From: Rhina ancylostomus
Lineage: Eukaryota
Length of the DNA: 64,000 nt
NCBI GenBank assembly: GCA_030265395.1
Contig: JARFYF010000002.1
Span: 53,947,792-54,011,791 of the forward strand
Reading direction: 5' to 3'
Shown: piece after piece, positions 54,520-64,000 of the stretch
Layout of the letters: each line of letters starts with the position of its first letter
Position numbering within the stretch: the stretch's first letter is position 1
Translations under genes and position numbers: made by a program
The notes under the pieces: model-generated
Databases searched by the model: none
Told to the model about the DNA's origin: nothing
Seen by the model: the letters and a program-made list of their open reading frames with translations, nothing else

Positions 54520-55180
54520 TTCCTTTCGAAAGCAAGAAAGGCAAAATTAAATGAGATTGAAGGGTGTTCAGATAAACCTTGATGTCCTTGAATACACATC
54601 GCTGAAAGTTAATATGCAGTTTCAGTAAGCAATTAGGAAAACAAATAATTTGCTGGCCCTTATTGCAAGAGGATCTTGATACAAGAGTCCAGACGTTTGC
54701 TCTACTTAGAAAGAACCCTGGTGAGACCACGTCTAGAATATTGTGAACAGGTCTGACTCAGTATCTAAAATGATAAGCTCATGATTGAGGGAGTGCAGGT
54801 CCGTCAGATCAATTCCTGGGAAGGAAAATGTCTTTCTACAAAGAGAAATTAAGCAAACCAGAACTATACTCTCCTGAGCTTGGAAGAATGAGGGGCGATC
54901 TCTCTGAAACATGCAGAATTTTTCTTAGGCTTGACAGTAAGTGAACAGTTAATGTTTTCTCTGGCTGGAGTGTCTACAATCAGAGTTACAGTCTCAAGAT
55001 AAGCAGCTAGCTCTTCAGAAAAGGAGGAGAAAAGATGTCTGTACCCAGAAGGTACTGAATCTGTAAAATTTACTGCTGTGGAGGGTGAGTTGCTGAGTAG
55101 CACTGAGGTATAAGATTTATCATCTTATTGAATGGCAGAACAGGTATGAGGGGCTGGATGGACTACTGCTGTTTCTTGTG
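54520..55180 (+). mobile_element. CR1-type LINE 3' fragment, old
   Basis: ccctggtgagaccacgtctagaatattgtg; gaagaatgaggggcgatctc; tail gagggctggatggactactgctg. Confidence 0.6.
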
Positions 55181-56234
55181 ATATTTGAGAAGAAATAACA
55201 GAAACCAGGGCCTTGCCAACTGAAAATATGCCAGTGAAGTTTGTATGATTAAATTGAGGAATGATGGGCCAGAATTAGAGAAACATGGCTATGTTGGCAC
55301 ATTATTGCAGTTGTAAGAGATGACCCACGCAGGGTGAGACTGGTGAGAAATTCGTAAAGAAAAATGATTGAATTTTGTCATATGGATGTTGGAAAAGGGA
55401 AGTGGCTGGATGGCCTCCCTCAGTGTTGTAGATTTTCCATGCAAATCTGTTCATGCCTGAATGTTGCCCAGCTCTTTGCTGTTTGAAGCCATTGGTTGCA
55501 TCATTTTGAGTAGTTGTGACAGTGAGGAGGAATTGAATCTTGTGTGGTTGTCAACAAATATTTTCATTCCTGGCGCACTGATGAAGGGAAGGACATGAAT
55601 GGAGTACCTGCAGGTGTTTGATCTTTGGGTACTAACATGATGGACTCGTGTAGTGATACCTTGGAGCTGAGATAATTGGTTAAGTACAGTGGCAAATGAC
55701 TCCTGAAGCTATGGATTGGAGCTCGGGAGTGGGTTGATGTGGATCCACTGGTGGTTGAAAATGGTTGCAAATGCTTCTGCTCTGTCTTTTTCTATGCTTG
55801 TGCTGTCAATGTCGTTGTTGAAGACATGGATGTATACTGAGCCTCCAGCTCTTGTTAATTGTTTAACCATTCACAATAACTGGGCTGGCAAGCTTTGATT
55901 TGATGCTGGAGCAGTTGTCTTTCGTGGAGTCACCCTCCTTGAAGGATGCCCCAGAGACTGAGATTACAGGGTCATCTGGAGATGTGGGGGTCTCATGTAG
56001 GTGTGTCATAGTTATCTCCATCAAAGTGTGCATAAAAGGCATTGAGCTCATCCCTTTATGCTAACCGATCTCACCTTGTAGGAAGTAATATTATGCAAGC
56101 CCTGCCACGCTGTCAAGCATGCATCTGTGATTCTGGTTTAGTTTGAAATTACCTCCTTACACAAGCAGTGGCCTTCTGAAGGTCATACCTGGACTTCTTG
56201 TATGACTCTGGGTCACCAGCCCTAAACACCACAG

Positions 56235-57069
56235 ATGCCCATCCATGCTAATTCCATTTGCCTGCATTTTGGCCATAACCTTCTAAACCTTTCCTATCCA
56301 TGTACTTGTCCAAATATCTTTTAAACAATATAATGGTACCTGCCTCCACCATCTCTTCTGGCAACTCATTCCATATACCCGCCACCCTCTGTGTGGAAAA
56401 CCCTGCCCTTCTGGTATCTCTCCATACTCACCTTAAACCTATGCCATTTTGTTTTAGACTCCCCTACCCTGGGAAAAAGACTGTGACTATCTATGTCTCT
56501 TAATTTTGTAAACCTATATAAGGTCATCCTTCAGCTTCCTTCTCTGCAGGAAAAATGGTCCCAGTCTATTCGAACTTTCATTATAACTCAAGCCTTCCAA
56601 TCCAGGCAACATTACTGTGAATCTTTTCTGCACCCACTCTAGCTTAACTACATCCTTCCTATAGCCTGGTGATCAGAACTGCACACAGTACTCCAAGTGT
56701 GCCTAACCAACTATTTGTACAACTATGACAAGACATCCCCACTCCTGTAATTAATGGCTCAGCAGATAAAGACAAGCATGCCATATGCATTTTTCACTCT
56801 CTGTGGCCACTTTCAGACAACTAGGAACTTGTACCCTAAGGTCTCACTGTTCAATAACGTGTCCCAGGGCCCTGCCATTCACCTTGTACGTCCTGGCCAT
56901 TTTTAACTTCCCAAAATTGCATCACTTTACACTTGCCTGAATTAAATTCCATCTGCCGTTCCTTTCCCCACTTCTGCAGTTGATCTAGATCCATTTGTAA
57001 TCTTAGAAAACCTTCTTGTATACCACCAATCTTGGTGTCATCTGTAAACTTACTAGTCATGACACCTAG
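56235..57069 (-). mobile_element. CR1-type LINE RT/3' fragment
   Basis: Minus ORF MTSKFTDDTKIGG...LQMDLDQLQKWGKERQMEFNSGKCKVMQF is a CR1 RT signature. Confidence 0.85.
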
Positions 57070-59090
57070 AGAAACAAAAGACTGCAGATGCTGGAATCTG
57101 AATGAAAACTATGATACTAGAGGAACTCAGCAGGTCAGGAAGCAGGCAGTCAATGTTTTAGGTCAGAGCTCTTCTTCAGGACTGAAGATAAGAAAAGAGG
57201 AAGCCCAATATATAGGAGGGAAAAACAGAGCAGTGTTAGGTAGACAAAAGAGGGGAGGCGGGGTGGGAACAAGGTGGTAATAGGTAGATGCAGGTAAGAG
57301 ATGGTGATAGGCAGGTGCGGGGGAGGAAGGGAGAGCAGATCCACTGGAGGATGGGTCAAAGGTAAGGAGAAAAAGGGGGGTAGAAAAAAGAGAGGCTAGG
57401 AAAGGGAAGAAGAAGCATAATGGGGGGGCAGTGGTGGGGAATTAATTAAATGGGGAAATGCAATGTTCATGCCATGAGGCTGCAAAGTTCCAAGATGGAA
57501 AATAAGGTGCTATTCCTCCAGTTTGCTCTTGGACTTTTGTCAGTGGAGGAGGCNNNNNNNNNNNNNNNNNNNNNNNNNNNNNNNNNNNNNNNNNNNNNNN
57601 NNNNNNNNNNNNNNNNNNNNNNNNNNNNNNNNNNNNNNNNNNNNNNNNNNNNNGGTGCTATTCCTCCAGTTTGCTCTTGGACTTTTGGCAGTGGAGGAGG
57701 CCAAGGACTGGCACATCTGTGATGGAGAGGGAGTTGAAGTGACTGGCAACAGGGAAATACAGATCATGGTTACAGATTGGAGTGCAGGTGTTCTGCGAAA
57801 CAGTCACCTCATCTGCGTTTGGTGTCGCCAATGTAGAGGAGGCAACAGGAGCCTGAGGGCACATACCACCAGGCTCAAGGACATCTTCTATCCCGCTGTT
57901 ACAAGACTATTGAACGGTTCCCTTATAAAATGAGATGGACTCTTGACCTGACAATCAACCTTGTTATGACATTTCACCTTATTGTCTACCTGCACTGCAC
58001 TTCCTCTGTAGCTGTGACACTACTCTGCATTCTGTATTGTTTTTACCCTGTACTACCTCAATGCACTGTAATGAATTGATCTGTATGAATGGTATGCAAG
58101 ACAAGTTTTTCACTGTACCTTGGTACGTGTGACAATAATATACCAATACTTGGAACACCAAGATGATATTAAGGGAGGTGCAGGTAAATCTCTGTCTCAT
58201 CTGAAAGGACTGTTTGGGTCCCTGGATGGAGGTGGTGTAGGGGCAGGTGTTACACCTATGGCAGGAGCAGTGGAAAGTCCCCAGGATGGGTGGGGAAGTA
58301 GCAGCAAACCAGAGAGTTGCAGAGAGAGCAGTCCCTGCAAACGGCAGAAAGGGGTGGAGAGGGGAAGATAAGCTTGGTGGTGGGGTCCCGTTGGAGGTGG
58401 TGAAGAATGATATTTTGGGTATGTGGGCTTGTAGGATGAAATATGAGGACAAGGGGGACCCTATCCCTGTTGGGTCTGGGAGGGGTGAGCATGAGAGCAG
58501 AGGAGCGGGAAATGGCAGGTGCAGTTGTGAGCTCCCTCAACCACAGGGGGGAAGCCACAGTTAGTAAAGAAGCCGGAAATCTTAGATGTCCTGGAGTAGG
58601 TAGCCTCATCATGGGAGCAGAGGCTGAAAACGGGATAGCGTCCTTGCAAGAGATGGTGGGAGGAGCTGTAATCGAGGTAGCTGTGGGCATCAGTGGGTTT
58701 GTAGATATTGGTGGATACGGAATCTCCTGAGATGGAAATGGAAAGATCGAGGAAGGAGAGGGGTATAAGATAGTCCAAGTGAATTGGAGAGCAGAGTGAA
58801 AATTTGTGGTGAAATTTAGGAAACTGTTGAGTTCTGCACAGGTACAAGAGGTGGGACCAATGCAGTCGTTGATATAGCAGAGAAAGAGTTGAGGAATGGG
58901 ATCGGAGTAGGCTTGGAACAAGGACTGTTCAATGTAGCCAATGTAGAGGCAGCCATAGCTGGGGCCCATGTAAGTACCCACAGCTACACCCTTGGTCTGT
59001 AGAAAGTGAGAGGAATTGAAAGTGACATTGTTGAGGGTGAGGACAAATTCAGCCAGGCAGAGGAGAGAGTTAGTGGAAAGGGACTGGTTC
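57070..59090 (-). mobile_element. Penelope-like retroelement (RT, linker, GIY-YIG region and 3' pseudo-LTR), decayed, with nested Rex1-like tail at about 57845-58150
   Basis: Minus ORFs GVAMGTYMGPSYGCLYIGYIEQSLF, FLCYINDCIG (decayed RYIDD), IYKPTDAHSYLDYSS and RCNTCPY..QGPKQSFQMRQRFTCTS; ends in the hammerhead-bearing unit 57070-57184. Confidence 0.85.
57147..57184 (-). ncRNA. Hammerhead-like motif at the 3' end of the Penelope-like element
   Basis: Minus strand CAGTC-CTGAAGA-AGAGCTCTGACCT-AAAAC-ATT-GACTG; helix I perfect, core decayed by CpG-type transitions. Confidence 0.5.
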
Positions 59091-59094
59091 TGTT

Positions 59095-59700
59095 TCTGGT
59101 GTAATATTGGAAAATGTGAGGTTATGCACCTTGGAAGGAAGAATGAAAAAGCAAATTATTATTTAAATGAAGTTGGACTACAAAATATTATGATACCAAA
59201 TGAAATGGGGATCTTTGTGCATTGAAACACAAAAGGTTAGCAAGCAGGTACGGCAAGTAATAAAGAAGGTTAATGGAATGTTGGCCTTTATTGCAGGGGT
59301 ATGGAGAATAAGAGTCTAGAACTTTACCTGGTGCTGCTGAGACTATACCCGGGGTACTGTGTACAGTTTTGGTCTTCATATTTAAGAAACGATGTGCTTG
59401 CATTGAAGGCAATGCAGAGAAGGTTCACTAAGTGGATTCCTGGGATCAAGAGGTTGATGGATGAAGAAAGCTTTTGCAGTTTTGGTTCCTACTTATTGGC
59501 GTATAGAAGAAGGAGGCATATTCTTATTGAATCATATAAAATGCTGAGAGGATGTTCCCCCTAGTTAGGATATCTAGAATTAGAGGGCATTGTTTCACAA
59601 AAGGGGGTAGCCTTTTTCTCCATCCCAGAAGCTATTGAGAGAGCCATTGAATATATTCAAGGTGGAGATTGGCAGGCATTTAAAACATGAGGTAACAGTC
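59095..59700 (+). mobile_element. CR1-type LINE RT/3' fragment
   Basis: NIGKCEVMHLGRKN; YCVQFWSSYLRNDVLALKAMQRRFTKWIPGIK. Confidence 0.85.
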
Positions 59701-60718
59701 CATGATGTTGAAGATAATACATTGGCACAGATTGAGAATTGGCAGGAAGCAGAGAGAAGAGAAAAGGTGATTATTTTCAGGTTGGCATCCTTTGACTAGT
59801 GGGGGTATCACAGATCAGTGTTAGGACCACAGCTGTTTACAATGCATGTTAATTTTGGAAATACGTTACTTGGAAAATATTTCATTGGAGAAGTTTCGTG
59901 AGGATGTTCCTGGGTATGGAGGGGTTATCCTTCAAGGAAAAGTTAAACAGATTGGAACTCTTCTTTCCAGTTTAGAAGAATGGGATATGATCAAACTGAA
60001 ACATGGGGGACTTGACAGTGTAAATGGTGAAAAGATGCTGCCTCTCATGGGAGAGTTCAGAATGGTGGAGGCTCAAGAATCTGAATTGCCTACTACTGTC
60101 CCGAAGTCTTACAGAGGAAGGAAGCAAATGTATGGTAGCCAGATTTGCAGATGATGCTTAAATATGTGAGAAGGCAAGTTACACGGAGGATACAAATGGT
60201 TTACAGATATTTATGAGTTAGGTGAGTGGGCAAAAGATTTGCAAATGGGGTATAATGCTTTTCTTGAAAATGCTGTGTAGATCCCAGGCCAGTGGGAAGG
60301 AAGGCAATAAGAAGGCTGGTGTTGCACCTCCTGCAGTTGTATGGAAAGGTGCCATGAGGAACAGGTATTTGTGAAGATTTATTCCTTTCACACTAGTGAA
60401 CTGAGGCTTTCCTTGTGAGCTTCTTAATACCCACAGCCTCTACTGCCTAGGGTGACATTGCCTCAATCCAGACACCATTCTAACTTGGAAATATATAACT
60501 TACTTCATTGTCATTGGTCAAAATCTTTGAACTCTGTCCCTAACAGCAGTGTGGATGCACCTTCACCAAATGTATTGCAGCAATTTAACTAGATGACTCA
60601 CCAACACCCATTCAAGTATGTTTAGGAAGGATTTTGCTGGTGATATCCACATTCAGTGACTGAATAAAGAAACAGAGAATTCCTGTACCAGATGCTTTTC
60701 TAACTGTTTACTTTTTAG

Positions 60719-60828
60719 CCCGTAGGAAGCAGAAGTGGTCTGTGGATCCAAGGAATAACAACTGGAAAAATGATGAATCCAGATTTGGGTTAAAGATGAT
60801 GGAAAAAATGGGATGGTCTAAAGGAAAG
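60719..60828 (+). CDS. PINX1: PINX1 coding exon 2 (first half of the G-patch)
   Basis: tag|CC...AAG|gtgact, 110 nt; PRRKQKWSVDPRNNNWKNDESRFGLKMMEKMGWSKGK. Confidence 0.95.
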
Positions 60829-60891
60829 GTGACTATTGTATATGTGACTATTGTATTGGAGACTATATCTGTAAAGGTGACTATTGTAAAG
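60829..60891 (+). repeat. Degenerate tandem repeat (4 units of 15-18 bp) made of the splice-donor sequence
   Basis: GTGACTATTGTATAT / GTGACTATTGTATTG / GAGACTATATCTGTAAAG / GTGACTATTGTAAAG. Confidence 0.85.
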
Positions 60892-62354
60892 GAGAGTCGG
60901 ATGTGTAAATTATATTTGAGCAATTTGTCTAAATATAGACCATATATGTTAAAAGTTATCAGTCTCACATATGTGCCCAATTTCTGTTTGGTGCTGAGTT
61001 GGCTAAATCATCTGTAGCAGTAGTCTGGGGGTTACAACATTGTGTACTTGAAATCATTGCATGATACAACACAGGAATCCAATCCTGTTGTGATCATTTT
61101 TTCCAAAATAATCCTGTAAAGAAACCTCTTCCATTAAAACAATTTCATTCTCCAATGTTAAATCCATTACTGCTTTCTTAATTGAGCTACAACTTGCTGG
61201 TTGGAATAGTTCTCATGCACCTTTTAGAAATTCCTCTCTTTGTTCCTTACATTGTTAATTTGTCAGTTTTTATTAGGGTAATTATAGTCCTTCATTAGCA
61301 TTTTTTGTATTAGCTTCCTTCTGTATTTTGCCAGTTATTTCTGGATGCTCTGTTTTTATTGTTCTTGTACATTTTTTCCACTGTTTGGTATCCTATAGTA
61401 TATGTCCTATAGTGTAATGGCTCCTTCATTTTCCCCTTATTCTGTAATCCAAAATAATTAAGTAAGTTATTCCTCTGAAATGTTGCAACAGTATCTTGGA
61501 TCAATAGCATCATCTCCATTTTTTCCCATCCCTATTTTGCCTTATCATGTAGCCAAGAATACAGTCTCCATCTATCCTCCACTGCTATTGCCACTATATC
61601 AAACCACTATTTGGCTTGCATGCACCAGCTTTATTTAAAGCATTCTGTGCATTTACATAATTCATTCCTGAGCCATCATAGACCGCTACAGTGTACAAAT
61701 CAGCCAGCAGTTGTCTTCTGTTTGCTTTTAGGCAGCAGTTGCTAGAAGTGCATGTGTCATTTGGGACAATATAGGTCCCACTTCTTTGGGGGATTGACAA
61801 GAGGACCAAATATGGGCAGGAGTTGTGAAAGTGATGAAAATGGTGGGTAAAGAAAGCTATTGTTTAAATAATTTACTGCTCCTGGAGTGTACTTTAGTTC
61901 CAGAAAAATGTTTTTCTTTTCTACTAATTTCATGTAAAGGAGTGCTTCCTGATATGTATGGCACCACTGTCATAAATGTACCATAAGTCTGGCAGGAATG
62001 ATCACAAACAGAGACATATAGCTGTGACACTGCCACAGTAACTGTATATCAGAAGTAATCCAGACTGTAATTTGGCCTGTCTTGAAGGCAGAAAAATATA
62101 TTTTCATAACCCTGCCCCATCCATCAAAGGATGCTTTTCAAGCTATTAATAATCAGAAGCTGCTATTTCAGTGAGAGATGAATTACTTATGCAACATTGT
62201 AACAAATTGCAATTGTATACATCTGTGCTTTATTATTGTCTTTTTTTAATCTGGTGGTCAAGAAGCTAGGTTACTAGTTACTAGGTTACTAGTCAATGTT
62301 TCAAGTTGATGACTTTCAGAATGTGTTTACTTGTTTCAAATCCTAAACAGATTC

Positions 62355-63215
62355 ATAGAATCATACAGCACAGAACAGACCCCCATGTCTGTGCCAAATG
62401 TTGACCTGTCCACATCAATCCCATTTACCTACATTAGGTCTGTAGCCTTTTTTGCCATGACAATTCAAGTGCTTGTCTTGATGCTTCTTAAATGCTGTTA
62501 AAGCATCTGTCTGGCAGCCTCTTCAGGCTGCGCATTTCCAGATTCCAACCACATTCTGTGTGGTGAAAAAAATTCCCCTTTCAGTCCTCTTTAAATCTCC
62601 TGCCACTCATCTTAAAGCTATGCTGTCTTGTCATTAGAGACCCCCACCATGGGGGAGAAAAGATTCTTGCTTTCTACCCTATTTATCCCTATCATAATTT
62701 TGTCTCCCTTCATCAGATCACCACTTAGCTTCCTCTGCTCCAAGTAAAACTAATCCAATTTCTCCTTATAACTGAAGTACTCCAATCCAGGCAAATTTAT
62801 AGTGGATCTCCTCTATATTCTCTCCAGTGCATTTGCATCCTTGTTATAGTGTGGTAATCATAACTGTACATAGTGTTCCAGGTGTGGCCTAACCAATGTT
62901 TTATGAAGTTGTAACTGGACGTCCCAGTTCTTGTATTCTATGCCATGGCTGATGAAGGCAAGCATTGCATGTGCTGGCTTCACTACCCTTTCCACCTGTG
63001 CTGCCACTTTCAGGGATTTATGGACGTACCCCAAGGTCCTTCTGTTCATCAACACTCCCTAGTGCTTCTACCTTTGTTTACTGTTCCAAAATGCATCTCT
63101 TCACATTGTCAGGATTAAATTCCATCTGCCATTGCTCCATCCAACTTTCTAGCTGACTTGTATTGTGGTGCAGCCTTAGACAACCATCATTGCTATTTAC
63201 AACACCAATTTTTGT
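62355..63215 (-). mobile_element. CR1-type LINE RT/3' fragment
   Basis: catagaatcatacagcacagaa tail; minus ORF VHKSLKVAAQVERVVK.A..MLAFISHGIEYKNWDV.LQLHKTLVRPHLE. Confidence 0.85.
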
Positions 63216-63484
63216 GAAAAAAGATAATTGTCAAAATGGATACCAGCAGTATATTTTGTTTTGCTTTTAATTTGCTGGATAACATGGTGGAAAAAATCAA
63301 TATTTTAGAGCTACCTGGAGAGACTATTATATGGAGGGAGTGTCCTAAATTAGCAAATTTCTGTAACTATTAACATTTGAAATATTTCATGTGTTTATAA
63401 GCTAACCAAGGCAAACAACAAAGTTAGATGTGGACTTTTGATACATTTAATTTACAAAACACTGATTTTATCTGTCTTTTCTAG

Positions 63485-63577
63485 GGACTTGGAGCTCATG
63501 AACAGGGGGAAACTGAAAACATTAAAATCCAAATCAAAAACAACAAAGTGGGTCTTGGAGCAACCAAGAATCATGAA
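63485..63577 (+). CDS. PINX1: PINX1 coding exon 3 (second half of the G-patch); gene continues beyond the window
   Basis: tag|GGA...GAA|gtgagc, 93 nt; GLGAHEQGETENIKIQIKNNKVGLGATKNHE. Confidence 0.95.
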
Positions 63578-64000
63578 GTGAGCTTTGTTATACTACACAG
63601 ATTAAGTCCAGTTCTTGAATGCATGAAATTTCTGGTTGTCTTGAATCTAGAATGAGGTCGTACTTAAGCGTATAAACATCTTGAATGTATTCAATTAGTA
63701 GATGAATAATTTTGCTTCTAATCTAAAATGTAAAAAGAAAATCACCTCCTATTTTTCAGCTGATTCTATTGACAGGTGCTGTAAAATCACATTTCACTTT
63801 TGAGCACTAACTGAGAATGCAACCAAGTTCAAGTGTTTCACTTAAATTTTCAAGTAATTGTCAAGTGATCATTGATAAAATGTTAAAACGAGCTTTCTGG
63901 AGTTGTGATCGGGGGGGGGGAATAAAATAATTTGTCAACTTTAATGAAGAAAATTATTTTGACATGTAAAGGAAAAATTCAAGTCCAACTTCTGATTCTT

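Noticed and set aside
57507-57700. 47-bp duplication flanking a gap in the Penelope-like element
   Set aside because: The copies differ at one base across a 100-N gap; most likely two haplotypes or overlapping contigs.
58256-58981. 241-aa ORF as a functional or domesticated reverse transcriptase
   Set aside because: The catalytic YIDD is mutated to YIND, the frame shifts mid-ORF, and the element is interrupted by another insertion.
62266-62295. 15-bp tandem duplication CTAGGTTACTAGT(T/C)A and the other short tandem duplications as an array
   Set aside because: Isolated two-copy slippage events with no spacers; nothing CRISPR-like.

Overview
This is vertebrate genomic DNA, most likely a cartilaginous fish (shark or ray), judged from its V-/HE1-type SINEs, CR1, Rex1 and Penelope-like repeats. 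It is a draft assembly with many N gaps. Three spliced genes lie on the + strand. (1) The 3' half of MTMR9: six visible coding exons at 1687-19011; one required internal exon is not visible and probably lies in the 294-N gap. (2) A complete, intact L-threonine 3-dehydrogenase TDH: 8 coding exons at 28005-42651, 373 aa, with a CpG-island promoter at about 25.3-26.5 kb. (3) The first three coding exons of PINX1 at 53731-63577, with a CpG-island/NRF1 promoter. Introns and intergenic DNA hold decayed retroelements, including a clean solo LTR with a 5-bp TSD. No new protein-coding system is evident. The best leads are a dispersed family of Penelope-derived short elements carrying minimal hammerhead-ribozyme motifs (often in fold-back arrangement), an in-frame tandem duplication of the PINX1 exon-2 splice donor inside the G-patch, a perfect ATF4-type amino-acid response element in the TDH promoter, and a gene order that differs from mammals by one inversion. 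Comparisons to human or mouse genes and to repeat families are from memory, not from searches. Repeat boundaries are approximate.
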